NCBI GenBank assembly: GCA_964637295.1
Contig: CAZWWE010000004.1
Span: forward strand, 26,674 to 90,673
Reading direction: 5' to 3'
Length of the DNA stretch: 64,000 nucleotides
From: an uncultured Pseudomonadales bacterium
GTDB taxonomy: Bacteria; Patescibacteriota; Microgenomatia; UBA1400; PJMF01
Part shown: positions 40,124 through 49,697 of the stretch, one piece after another
Numbering within the stretch: position 1 is the stretch's first letter
Layout: each line of letters starts with the position of its first letter
Notes under the pieces: model-generated
The model's database searches: none
The model's input: the letters and a program-made list of their open reading frames with translations, nothing else
What the model was told of the DNA's origin: nothing
Position numbers and translations under genes: made by a program

Positions 40124-40834
40124 ATGATGAAAAAAAAGGGTTTGTTAATTACTTTGGAAGGTGGCGAAGGAGTGGGTAAGTCAACTCAAGTAGTACAACT
40201 CAAAGAACAACTGATTAGACTTGGTCGTGATGTCATTGTTTTGCGTGAGCCAGGTGGCACTAGCATCAGCGAGCAAATTCGTGAAGTAGTTTTATCTAAT
40301 AAAAATGTTGGCATGGCTTATACCACTGAGGTGCTACTTTTTCAGGCAGCTAGGGCACAGATTTATCGAGAAATTGTTTTACCTTCTTTGGAATTGGGTA
40401 AGATTGTCATCATGGATCGTTCAAGAGATAGTAGCGTGGTTTACCAAGGTATGGTGAGAGGTTTTGGCGTAGAAATTGTGGAGCAATTGAATGATATTTC
40501 TACCAAAAAAACTTATCCAGATATAACTTTTTTGCTTGATGCTCCAGTTGAAATAGGTTTGAAAAGACGCATGAATTTGGAAGGTGCAAACCGCATTGAT
40601 TACGAAGCCAAAGATTTTCATGAAAAAATTCGTCAAGCTTATTTACAAGTTGCTAAAGCTGATCAACAAAAACATGGTCCGCATTCGCGTTGGCAAATTA
40701 TCGACGCCTCTTTGCCGACTGAAGCAGTGCAGGCCCAACTGTGGAGTAAAACGCAAAATTTCTTATCAAAAATTAAAACCAAAAACTGGGAAAATCAATT
40801 AAGCAATATTAGTATCGATTATCTAGAAGAATAG
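40124..40834 (+). CDS. tmk: Thymidylate kinase
   Basis: EGGEGVGKST, REPGG, DR...SVVYQG. Confidence 0.96.
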   Translation: MMKKKGLLITLEGGEGVGKSTQVVQLKEQLIRLGRDVIVLREPGGTSISEQIREVVLSNKNVGMAYTTEVLLFQAARAQIYREIVLPSLELGKIVIMDRSRDSSVVYQGMVRGFGVEIVEQLNDISTKKTYPDITFLLDAPVEIGLKRRMNLEGANRIDYEAKDFHEKIRQAYLQVAKADQQKHGPHSRWQIIDASLPTEAVQAQLWSKTQNFLSKIKTKNWENQLSNISIDYLEE

Positions 40835-40848
40835 AAAAATGACAACGC

Positions 40849-41460
40849 ATGCAAAAATTACCTAAAGCTGTCCGACAATTAGTGGAAAAATTTGAACGCT
40901 TACCAGGTATTGGTCCACGTTCAGCTCAGCGCTTGGTTTTTTATCTTTTGCACAATCCCGCTCACGAACTAGAAGATTTCGCTGAGAAACTTTTGGCTTT
41001 AAAAAAAGAAACGGTCATGTGTGCTCATTGTCACAATATTGCTGAAAGTGATCCCTGCGCCATTTGTGCTGATCGCAATCGTGACCAAAGTCTTCTGTGC
41101 GTGGTGGAGCAACCCTTGGATCTATTGGCGATTGAAAAATCAGATCAGTATCATGGTCTTTATCATGTGCTACATGGTTGCATAGCGCCACTGAACAATA
41201 TCGGTCCTGACCAACTTTATTTAAGAGATTTATTAAAGCGCCTAGATGGAGTGACAGAGTTAATTTTGGCCACCAATCCCACTATGGAAGGCGAAGCCAC
41301 GGCGCTTTATATCAAAGAAATGATTGCTACTTCTAATTTAAAAAACAAAGATCATATTAACTTAACTCGCATCGGTCATGGTTTGCCAATTGGCGCCGAT
41401 ATTGAGTACGCTGATGGCATTACTTTGGCTCGTGCACTCGAGGGTAGAAGACAGATTTAA
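40849..41460 (+). CDS. recR: Recombination mediator RecR
   Basis: LPGIGPRSA, C4 zinc finger, ATNPTMEGEATA. Confidence 0.97.
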   Translation: MQKLPKAVRQLVEKFERLPGIGPRSAQRLVFYLLHNPAHELEDFAEKLLALKKETVMCAHCHNIAESDPCAICADRNRDQSLLCVVEQPLDLLAIEKSDQYHGLYHVLHGCIAPLNNIGPDQLYLRDLLKRLDGVTELILATNPTMEGEATALYIKEMIATSNLKNKDHINLTRIGHGLPIGADIEYADGITLARALEGRRQI

Positions 41461-41625
41461 TTGATCAGTGCGGTCAATTTTTAGCTTGCTTAATTTGCTT
41501 TTTTTTGTTAAGCTTTATGGGAATGAAATCAACGATCAAACAATTAGTTTGCTGCTAATTGGGGGGTCGTTTTTTTTAAAAATTATTGTCTCTATTTTTT
41601 CAATAGAGACTAGAAGGAATCACTG

Positions 41626-41970
41626 ATGACCAATATCATTGTGCAAGCTAAAAGTTTAAAAGTTACCAGAGCTCTACGTGAATTTATTCAGAGACAAGCC
41701 AGCAAGCTGAATAAATTAAAAGATTTAAAAATTAGCAAAGTGACGGTGTATTTAGAACAAGATACCAAAAAAGCCAGTGATAACAAAAAAGTCAGTGTGA
41801 AATACAGTATTGAGATCCCTGGCAAAGATTTATGGGTGGAGATTAATGGCTACGATTTTTATGATGCCATTGTGGACGCCACAAACGCTGCCTTGCGTAA
41901 AATGCGCGCTGCCAAAGAAAAGAAAACTGGCTATCGACGCTTGAGTAAGGGTGAGCAGCAATTTGTTTAA
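41626..41970 (+). CDS. Ribosome hibernation factor (HPF/RaiA family)
   Basis: VTRALREFI, DFYDAIVDA. Confidence 0.8.
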   Translation: MTNIIVQAKSLKVTRALREFIQRQASKLNKLKDLKISKVTVYLEQDTKKASDNKKVSVKYSIEIPGKDLWVEINGYDFYDAIVDATNAALRKMRAAKEKKTGYRRLSKGEQQFV

Positions 41971-42043
41971 GAAATTTGTAATTTTACAAGATAAGTTCTC
42001 TTGAGTCTTGTTTTCTGCGGTTTTTTTCTGTTACCATGAAGAC

Positions 42044-42430
42044 ATGGCAGATAATCAAGATCCTTTAGCAGCTTTGCAAAAATTATTAAGCAGCCAACAA
42101 CCAGTAGATGTGGCTAGTCAGGCAGCTTCAACAACGGCTTCTTCAGTGGCAAATTCGGCATTAACCGATTCAGAACCAGAGGATAGCCAGGAACCGGCAA
42201 ACGCGGGTCCAACAGCTCAAGAAATTGCTCTCTTACAAGAGCAAAAAACAGCTGAAGATCGTTTAAAAATTCAAGCACAATTACAGATGATGGCAGCAGA
42301 GCTCAAGGCAACTCCGCAATATCAAGCAAGATTAAATCAAAAAGAAAGTGCAGAAGCTGAGTTAGCTAAAAAAAGATTGGAAGAGCGAAGTAAAAAAATT
42401 TTTCAATTAAAACATTTGGAAAACAATTAA
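42044..42430 (+). CDS. Hypothetical low-complexity protein
   Basis: Ala/Gln-rich ORF. Confidence 0.7.
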   Translation: MADNQDPLAALQKLLSSQQPVDVASQAASTTASSVANSALTDSEPEDSQEPANAGPTAQEIALLQEQKTAEDRLKIQAQLQMMAAELKATPQYQARLNQKESAEAELAKKRLEERSKKIFQLKHLENN

Positions 42431-42448
42431 AAGTTAAAAGTAAAATCT

Positions 42449-43117
42449 ATGCCAGGATTAAATGCAGCACACTCTGGAGGGAAAATGCAAATGCGGCCAG
42501 GAGGTGGTTTTCGCCAAAGCTTTGGCTTTGGCTTAAGTGACGAACACGAAAGTTCTTTGGCCAATGCTGCTTTGACCAGCCAAAAACAAAGTGCTCAGCA
42601 AGCTTCGGTTTTAGGTCAGCAAGGAGTGGCTAAGCAACAAGCAGTAAATGCTGGTGCAGGCCAGACACCGCTCGCTGCCAGTGAAGTGGCACAAGCGCAA
42701 ACTCCACCAAGAGAAGTTTCTAGTTTGGGTGATGAATTACTCAAACGACCTCTTAAAGATCTTTTACAAACTGGCAAAGCTTTTTTTGATCTCAATGCAC
42801 TGTTGGGTATAAATCCAGAAGACCCACCAGAAAAAAAAGCTAAAAAACAAAAAATTGCTCAAAATTGGCAAAAATTAACTCATGAAGAACAAGCTTACGT
42901 GCAAGAGCAATATCAATTAGAACAACAAAAAAAACAGCAAGAATTGCAGGCGCAGCAAGAACGCAAAGAACGAGAAGCACAAGAGGCAGAAGCGACTGCC
43001 ATCGCTCCACCCAGTAGCCCGAAAAAAGGACCTGTGGGTCTAAGTGGAAACAAAAAACAACAAACCTCTCAATTATTGCAAAATCGAAGAACACAAATGA
43101 CTCAAGCCGATGGCTAG
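42449..43117 (+). CDS. Hypothetical Gln-rich protein
   Basis: Long ORF with a coiled-coil segment. Confidence 0.7.
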   Translation: MPGLNAAHSGGKMQMRPGGGFRQSFGFGLSDEHESSLANAALTSQKQSAQQASVLGQQGVAKQQAVNAGAGQTPLAASEVAQAQTPPREVSSLGDELLKRPLKDLLQTGKAFFDLNALLGINPEDPPEKKAKKQKIAQNWQKLTHEEQAYVQEQYQLEQQKKQQELQAQQERKEREAQEAEATAIAPPSSPKKGPVGLSGNKKQQTSQLLQNRRTQMTQADG

Positions 43118-43154
43118 TCAAACTGATCTAGTCAAGTTACAATAAGTTATAACA

Positions 43155-44630
43155 GTGATAAAACTTTATAACACTCTCTCCAAAAAAATTGAGGAATTTT
43201 CTCCGCTACATGAGGATTCAATGCAAGTTGGTCTCTATGCCTGTGGACCGACTGTTTATGACTACACTCATATCGGACACTTGCGCAAATACGTGATGGA
43301 TGATGTTTTAGTAAGAGTACTGCGTCATCATGGTTTCGAAGTGAAACACGTCCAAAATATTACCGATGTTGGTCACTTGGTTTCTGATGATGACGAGGGT
43401 GAAGATAAGATGGAAAAGGGAGCGCGCAAATATGGTCAAACTGCTTGGGTATTGGCGAGAAAGTTTGAAAAATATTTTTTTGACAGCATGGATCGAATGA
43501 ATGTGTTAAGACCGACTTTAAGTTGTCGAGCGACAGAACACATTCAGAGTCAATTAGACTTGGTATTAAATCTTGAGAAAAAGGGTTTTACTTATGTCAT
43601 TGCTGATGATGGAGTCTATTTTGATACCTCTAAGCTCGAGACCTACGGAGAATTAAGTGGACATGATCCTCGTCTTGCTGATCACGAACAGAGAATTGTG
43701 AGTAATCTTCATAAAAAAAACCAAAGCGATTTTGCTTTGTGGAAATTTGAAAAACCTGGGGAAAATCGCCAAATGGTTTGGCAAAGTCCTTGGCATCCGC
43801 GCAGTTTTCCTGGTTGGCACGTTGAGTGCAGTGCGATGAGCATTGAACACCTTGGCCCGCAAATTGACATTCACACTGGTGGCATTGATCATATTGCTAT
43901 TCATCACAATAATGAAATTGCTCAATCAGAAACTTACACTGGTCAAAAACCTTTTGCTCGTTTTTGGGTACATCATAATTTTTTGCTAGTTGATGGCGAA
44001 AAGATGAGTAAATCTTTGGGTAATTTTTATACGATTGATGATTTAGTGAAAAAAGGCTTTTCACCCATGGCCCTACGCTTACTGTTTCTCAATAGTCATT
44101 ATCGCAGTGAACAAAACTTTACTTTTGCTAGTCTAGAAGCAAGTCAAACTGCCTGGCAAAAATTATTACAAATTTATTTTAATCTCAAAAAAAATAAACA
44201 CAGTGCTCTTGATCAACCGGATAAAACTCAACAAGTCGTTGCTCAGCAATTCCTTCAGGCTTTTGATCAAGCGATCGACAATGATCTTAACACTGCCGCC
44301 GCCCTCGCTGTTTTATGGCGCATGCTCAAAGATAATAATCTAAGCGTATCTCAAAAATATCAATTATTATTAGATTTCGATCGCATTTTAGGTTTGGGCT
44401 TAATTGCTCAGAGTGAAACAGAATGGTCATTGCAAGAAATCGAGCTTGCTCCAAATGATTTGTCTCAAGACTTACAGGCTCTTTTTTTCGAGAGAGAGAA
44501 AGCTCGTCAGGCCAAAAATTATGTAAAAGCCGATCAACTAAGAGCGCAGTTTTTAAAAGCTGGTTATCAATTGATTGATCAAGGTGAACAAGTGTTAATC
44601 AAAAAACTATCTCAGCCTGTAAATAAGTAG
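43155..44630 (+). CDS. cysS: Cysteine--tRNA ligase
   Basis: CGPTVY, HIGH, PGWHVEC, KMSKS. Confidence 0.98.
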   Translation: MIKLYNTLSKKIEEFSPLHEDSMQVGLYACGPTVYDYTHIGHLRKYVMDDVLVRVLRHHGFEVKHVQNITDVGHLVSDDDEGEDKMEKGARKYGQTAWVLARKFEKYFFDSMDRMNVLRPTLSCRATEHIQSQLDLVLNLEKKGFTYVIADDGVYFDTSKLETYGELSGHDPRLADHEQRIVSNLHKKNQSDFALWKFEKPGENRQMVWQSPWHPRSFPGWHVECSAMSIEHLGPQIDIHTGGIDHIAIHHNNEIAQSETYTGQKPFARFWVHHNFLLVDGEKMSKSLGNFYTIDDLVKKGFSPMALRLLFLNSHYRSEQNFTFASLEASQTAWQKLLQIYFNLKKNKHSALDQPDKTQQVVAQQFLQAFDQAIDNDLNTAAALAVLWRMLKDNNLSVSQKYQLLLDFDRILGLGLIAQSETEWSLQEIELAPNDLSQDLQALFFEREKARQAKNYVKADQLRAQFLKAGYQLIDQGEQVLIKKLSQPVNK

Positions 44631-45294
44631 CACAGTGTTGGCGTATAGAATAAAAATTGCCTTTTGTCACAATGAGATGATCTAATAATTTAAGACCCAT
44701 TAGCTCAGCTAAACTACTAATTTTTTTGGTCAATAATAGATCATCTTCTGAGGGTTCTACGTTGCCAGAAGGATGATTGTGCACCAAGATAAAACTGTCT
44801 GCCCCCAGTTGTAAAGCAGGCGCAAAAATAGCTCGTGGTTCTAAAAAATTATAGTTCAGTCCACCAATGGCAACAGTTTGTTTACTCAATAATTCTTGAC
44901 GACCATTTAGATAAAAAGCCAAACAATACTCTTGTTTTTTGTGCCCTAATTCGCTCGAAAGGGCAAAAATTTTTTCAGGATTGTTGATCTGAGTTAAGTG
45001 TTGATTTTGGATAAATCGATAGCCCAACTCTAAGCTAGCTAGAATTTTATTAGCCAGAATTTCACCAATGCCAAAAATTTGAGTTAATGAAGCAGTGCTA
45101 ACTTTTTTATTTTGGTCAAAAATTTGTCTTTCCACTTTTTGGGCCAACTCTAAGACATTGCAATTTTTCAGGCCACTGCTGATAATGATAGCCAATAATT
45201 CACGGTTGCTTAGTGCTTGTATGCCTCTTTGACGTAATTTTTCTCTTGGTTGATAGCGCAAAGCAAGATTTTTAATTGCTTGTTTTTTTGTCAC
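44599..45294 (-). CDS. radC: RadC/JAB family protein
   Basis: PREKL, HNHPSG..PS..D, DHLI. Confidence 0.94.
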   Translation of the reverse strand: MTKKQAIKNLALRYQPREKLRQRGIQALSNRELLAIIISSGLKNCNVLELAQKVERQIFDQNKKVSTASLTQIFGIGEILANKILASLELGYRFIQNQHLTQINNPEKIFALSSELGHKKQEYCLAFYLNGRQELLSKQTVAIGGLNYNFLEPRAIFAPALQLGADSFILVHNHPSGNVEPSEDDLLLTKKISSLAELMGLKLLDHLIVTKGNFYSIRQHCATYLQAEIVF

Positions 45295-45344
45295 CGACTA
45301 TCTATTATAATTAGAGTAGGTGACATGAAGTTAGCAACTTAACA

Positions 45345-45722
45345 TTAGAGTAAACGCTGTAAATGACTCGACAATTCTTCTCTGGAAGATTGCGAGCTAA
45401 GCAAGGCCAGTTTTTGGTCCCAATTTAGACCAGGCACAATGCTATATGGTTGATGAAGATCAACCACTAAAATCAAAGGAATGATTTTAGTATGGCTGGC
45501 TTGCTTCAGTGATTCGAGGAAATGAAGCATTTTTTTATTAGAGAAACTGCAACTTAAAAAAACTAAACTAATCTGATATTGCTCTAGTTTTTGAGTAGCG
45601 CTGAGGACATCGTTAACTCTAATTACTTGAAAAGCTTTTGAGTCTAAAAAAATATAAGGTTTTTGCAGAGCAGGGTTGGGCTCAACAATGAGAATAAAGG
45701 GAGAAGTTGAGTCTGCTAGCAT
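45345..45722 (-). CDS. Pseudo-receiver domain protein
   Basis: ILIVEP, LVFLS, IPLILV; no phospho-Asp. Confidence 0.6.
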   Translation of the reverse strand: MLADSTSPFILIVEPNPALQKPYIFLDSKAFQVIRVNDVLSATQKLEQYQISLVFLSCSFSNKKMLHFLESLKQASHTKIIPLILVVDLHQPYSIVPGLNWDQKLALLSSQSSREELSSHLQRLL

Positions 45723-45791
45723 ATTTTTATTAGATTTTTTCTAATAAAAATAGAGTAATGGTTTATCTGCAGTTAGTCAAGTAAACAAAAT

Positions 45792-46112
45792 ATGACAAAG
45801 TTAGATAAATTAGATAAAATTGCCAAAAAACTGAGACAAGCCAGAATAGAGGCTGCTTTTTCACAAAAAGCTTTGGCCGGTGCTCTGAAACTGTCTGATC
45901 GAACCATCAGTGCTTATGAAAAGGGCAGGGCCATGCCACCTTTGGCTACTTTACAAAACATTAGCAATCTTACTCACAAGTCTATTAACTATTTTTTAGA
46001 TGAAGAAATCAGCGAAGAAACCGATCTGACCTTGCAAGTTAAAATTAAAAAAATTGAACTTGAATTATTGCAAATTAAAAAAGCTCTCAAAGAACACGGT
46101 TTATGGGATTAG
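45792..46112 (+). CDS. XRE family HTH regulator
   Basis: LRQAR..SQKALA..ISAYEKG..P. Confidence 0.9.
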   Translation: MTKLDKLDKIAKKLRQARIEAAFSQKALAGALKLSDRTISAYEKGRAMPPLATLQNISNLTHKSINYFLDEEISEETDLTLQVKIKKIELELLQIKKALKEHGLWD

Positions 46113-47260
46113 CTTTCTTTTTTTAAAATTTCCATGATTTGTGCGTAAACACGCAAATTATGTAAGCTGGCCAAGCGTAATGCGCTGCCATCGCCAATTT
46201 TGAAAAGATGATGCAAATAAGCCCGACTTACCTGCGGTGTTCCATCGACACTTTGACAAATTGGACAGTCGCAAAATTCACCAACTGCTGTTTGCTCATT
46301 AGCCAGTTGACCTTTGCCAATGTAACAGTAATCAAAAACTTCATTTAAGCAGTTTTTGTTAGCCAAGTTTAACATATCATTTTTTGTTAAGGTTTTTGGA
46401 TTAATTTTGAAATTATAAAGTCGTTGATGACGCGCATCTCTAGTAGGCAAGACGCAATCGAAAAACTGATAGCCCATCATAAACAGCTTAACAATGTTTT
46501 CTGGAGTGCCAACGCCAAGAGCAAAACGCAAACTATCTTTGCTTGTCAAATCTGCATTTAGTTGGCAAAAAGAGTAATCAAATTCTCCATTTTTTTGAAA
46601 AGGCCAGCCACCCAAACCATAAAGATCAAAGCCAATTTTTTGCAGTTCTTGAGCACAATAGCTACGCCATTTTCGATGATTGTGACCTTGAATAGGTGCT
46701 AGCAACAGTGGACGATTATTTTCGTCAAAACCATGTTTCTGTAATTGTTTTTGAAATTCAAGCTTGGCTCTCTTAGCCCAATCGATCGTTCTTCGCACAC
46801 TTTGCTCAATGCGTCTTTCGTCAGCTTCTGGTGCTGTAAAATCATCGAGACAAATCATCACGTCACTTCCAATCGCAAATTGTAGCCGGATCGAATCTTC
46901 TGGAGTAAATAAAGTTTTGCTTTGTTTTTTAGGACCAGCATAGAGCACAATGCCCTCGTCAATAATTTTACCTAAATGAGGATTTTTTCGAATCAAAGAA
47001 AACAGTTGAAAGCCACCAGAATCTGAAGAAACAAAACCAGGCCAATGCATCATTTTTTTTATGCCACCTAGCTCTTGTAAAATTTTTTCACCTGGTTTTT
47101 GCATCAAGTGATAAGTGTTAACCATCACTCCTTGTAAACCAACTTTAGCGAGATCGAGACTGTCTAAATTGCGAGCTACGCCCAAAGTCGCATCTGGCAT
47201 GAAAAGTGGCAAATGAAAGCTTTGATTTTTAATGTTGATACTTTGTCGAATGTTGTGCAC
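46109..47260 (-). CDS. tgt: tRNA-guanine transglycosylase
   Basis: NTYHL, DSGGFQ, FDCVLPTR, CDCPIC, HN. Confidence 0.93.
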   Translation of the reverse strand: MHNIRQSINIKNQSFHLPLFMPDATLGVARNLDSLDLAKVGLQGVMVNTYHLMQKPGEKILQELGGIKKMMHWPGFVSSDSGGFQLFSLIRKNPHLGKIIDEGIVLYAGPKKQSKTLFTPEDSIRLQFAIGSDVMICLDDFTAPEADERRIEQSVRRTIDWAKRAKLEFQKQLQKHGFDENNRPLLLAPIQGHNHRKWRSYCAQELQKIGFDLYGLGGWPFQKNGEFDYSFCQLNADLTSKDSLRFALGVGTPENIVKLFMMGYQFFDCVLPTRDARHQRLYNFKINPKTLTKNDMLNLANKNCLNEVFDYCYIGKGQLANEQTAVGEFCDCPICQSVDGTPQVSRAYLHHLFKIGDGSALRLASLHNLRVYAQIMEILKKES

Positions 47261-47304
47261 GAGCCGTATTATACCTTGTCAGGCTGAGTTATAATTTGAC
47301 AAAT

Positions 47305-47898
47305 ATGCCACAAATCTTGACTGCAGAGAATGAAAATACGTTGATTAAACGAGCGCCAGCCAAATTACAAAGAGGCGAAGCCGCCAAGCTGGTGGCGCAA
47401 GGAGTTTTTTTCAAGCTTTGGCAGTGGCCGCAAGAGCTTTATGATGGGAGCATCGCAACGTTTGAGAGTCTTTCCAGACCGGATACGGTTACAATTTTAG
47501 CTTTAACCGCACAGCAAGAAATCCTTGTCACTCGCCAAAGCCAACCTGGTTTTCAGGAATTTATGAGTTTTCCAGGAGGAGTAATTGATTCTGGCGAAAG
47601 TGTTTTACAAGCTGCTCAACGTGAATTACTGGAAGAAACTGGCCACGCGAGTACAGAATGGTATTTTTTATTTAGCAAGCAAATGAACAGTCGCATTGAT
47701 TGGGCCAATTTTTATTTGTTGGCGAAAAACTGCCAAAAACAGGCAGATTTACGGCTAGATGCGGGGGAAAAAATTAGTTTAGAATTTTGGCCATTGCAGC
47801 AATTAAGCTCACTAAGTAAACAGAAAAATTTTCGACAAAGTGATTTTGCCCTTTGGTATTGGCAGACTGATGGAGCAGAGTTAAAACAATTTATCTAA
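47305..47898 (+). CDS. NUDIX hydrolase
   Basis: PGGVIDSGESVLQAAQRELLEETG. Confidence 0.92.
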   Translation: MPQILTAENENTLIKRAPAKLQRGEAAKLVAQGVFFKLWQWPQELYDGSIATFESLSRPDTVTILALTAQQEILVTRQSQPGFQEFMSFPGGVIDSGESVLQAAQRELLEETGHASTEWYFLFSKQMNSRIDWANFYLLAKNCQKQADLRLDAGEKISLEFWPLQQLSSLSKQKNFRQSDFALWYWQTDGAELKQFI

Positions 47899-47966
47899 TG
47901 AACATGATTTAAATGGTGAATAATAAATTTTTATGTTATCATTTTCTTCAAGAAAAAAAGAACAAT

Positions 47967-48194
47967 ATGCCAAGCAAAAAAAATTCAAAACAAGCAGCTA
48001 ATCAAGAAATAAAAAGATTGATCAGGCCAAATCAAGGACGCAAGCTAGCTGGAGTAGCTGCTGCTTTTGCGAATTATTTCAATGTTGACGTGGTGCTAGT
48101 GAGAGTTATTTTAGTTTTAACTCTAGTGCCAGGAGGTTTTCCGGGTTTATTGATCTATTTACTTTGTTGGCTGGTAATTCCTGCTGAAGAATAA
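47967..48194 (+). CDS. PspC domain protein
   Basis: RKLAGVAAAFANYF, YLLCWLVIP. Confidence 0.88.
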   Translation: MPSKKNSKQAANQEIKRLIRPNQGRKLAGVAAAFANYFNVDVVLVRVILVLTLVPGGFPGLLIYLLCWLVIPAEE

Positions 48195-48220
48195 ACGACG
48201 CTTTTAGTTTGGGTCATTTA

Positions 48221-48724
48221 TTATAAAGACCTAGGCTTCATAAAGTCATTAAGGATCTCTTCTGCATTTTGGCAGTTTAGATAAGTTTCGATTCCTATTT
48301 CTTTGGCGATTTTTTGGTATTGTTCAGGTGTTGGAGCAAGTTGCTTGATCATTTCTTTGATTGCTTGAATTTGCTCAAGAAATGCTTGACATAATTTTAA
48401 TGCCTCCTTGCGCTTAGGTTCTTGAAGGGGATTATTTCTAAATGCTTGATCGATTAGTTTGGCAAGATCAATAGTGATCTTTTTAATTATGCGATATTGC
48501 TTAAATAATTGTGAATTGTTATCAAATTTATCTAATTGCACCAAAGCGACGGGATCGTTGAGTTCTCGATATTTAGCTCTTAAACTTTCAAGAAGTCGAT
48601 CTCGGGCCTCTTTTCCTCCTTCAAAGGCTTGATCCGGCAAATTTAATTGATTATACTCTTGACTGCTGATACCACCAACTTTCTTTGGTAATGGATTTTC
48701 TGATACAATTTCTTTTTCTGACAT
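48221..48724 (-). CDS. Hypothetical protein
   Basis: ATG 48724 follows TATAAT; helical. Confidence 0.65.
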   Translation of the reverse strand: MSEKEIVSENPLPKKVGGISSQEYNQLNLPDQAFEGGKEARDRLLESLRAKYRELNDPVALVQLDKFDNNSQLFKQYRIIKKITIDLAKLIDQAFRNNPLQEPKRKEALKLCQAFLEQIQAIKEMIKQLAPTPEQYQKIAKEIGIETYLNCQNAEEILNDFMKPRSL

Positions 48725-48769
48725 TGAAGAAGTTATTTGTATTATACTCTTAATAAGAGGCACTAGAGC

Positions 48770-49630
48770 ATGAACAATTTTGAATTTAAAAAAGAAAGAA
48801 ACATTGAATTTCAAAAAGATAGGCACATTCCTTTTGGATATGATGGATGGCTAGCACCTGACGGAACTTTTTTTGCGAGTAATTCATTAAGTGAACAATC
48901 ATTGCATGATCGATGTGCCACTTATATTTTACAAGAATATAGAGAAGAAGTGATAAAAAGATTGGGAATTTTAGGTAAAAGTATAACAGATGAAGACTTA
49001 CGGCTTTCACCAGCCCGGTCAATTTTAGGATTTGCAACTTATTTATTGATTTCTCATGGCATGCCACAGTATGCATACATTGAAGGAGAGCTCACTGCCA
49101 TGCAAATTGGTAGTTTGGTGCAGGCCGGACTTGTTTTACCAGAAGAAGTGACAAAAACACTAGAAAATAAACTTCCAAAAAAAGAGCAAATCATAGGCGA
49201 TTTAGATTTAATTTCGCTTCCTGAAGCAATCAAAGAAGAATTACTAAAAAAAATAGCACAATTCTATCAAATTCCAGGAAAAGGAATTTTGCTCTCTAAT
49301 ATTGGAAATTTCGTTGACAATGGCCAGACAATTTATATACGTTTTGACTATAAAGATGTAGCTCAAAAACTTTTTGCCCTGCTAACTAAAAACGCAGTGG
49401 GAGAAATAGTTTCTTTTGCAATTGGCAGGCATTTTGGTGGCGAAATAGTAGTTTGTTATCGAGAATTGGCTAGCGGACTGATTGTAGTTTTGGAGAAAAA
49501 ATCGCATTCCCTCAATGAAAGATTGGAATTTGGTCTTGTAAATTTTGTCATCGAAGATTTTTGGATCTACATTCAAACTAAAGAATGGGTGGACAGACGT
49601 TACGAAAAGCAGATGAGTCGGTCAAGTTAA
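48770..49630 (+). CDS. Hypothetical protein
   Basis: 286-aa ORF with GWLAPDGTF..HD motif. Confidence 0.7.
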   Translation: MNNFEFKKERNIEFQKDRHIPFGYDGWLAPDGTFFASNSLSEQSLHDRCATYILQEYREEVIKRLGILGKSITDEDLRLSPARSILGFATYLLISHGMPQYAYIEGELTAMQIGSLVQAGLVLPEEVTKTLENKLPKKEQIIGDLDLISLPEAIKEELLKKIAQFYQIPGKGILLSNIGNFVDNGQTIYIRFDYKDVAQKLFALLTKNAVGEIVSFAIGRHFGGEIVVCYRELASGLIVVLEKKSHSLNERLEFGLVNFVIEDFWIYIQTKEWVDRRYEKQMSRSS

Positions 49631-49697
49631 ATTCTTTTGTCGCAATGTTATAATCTGAGACAGAAAAACAGACTTTTCACAGCAAAGGAATCAATCA

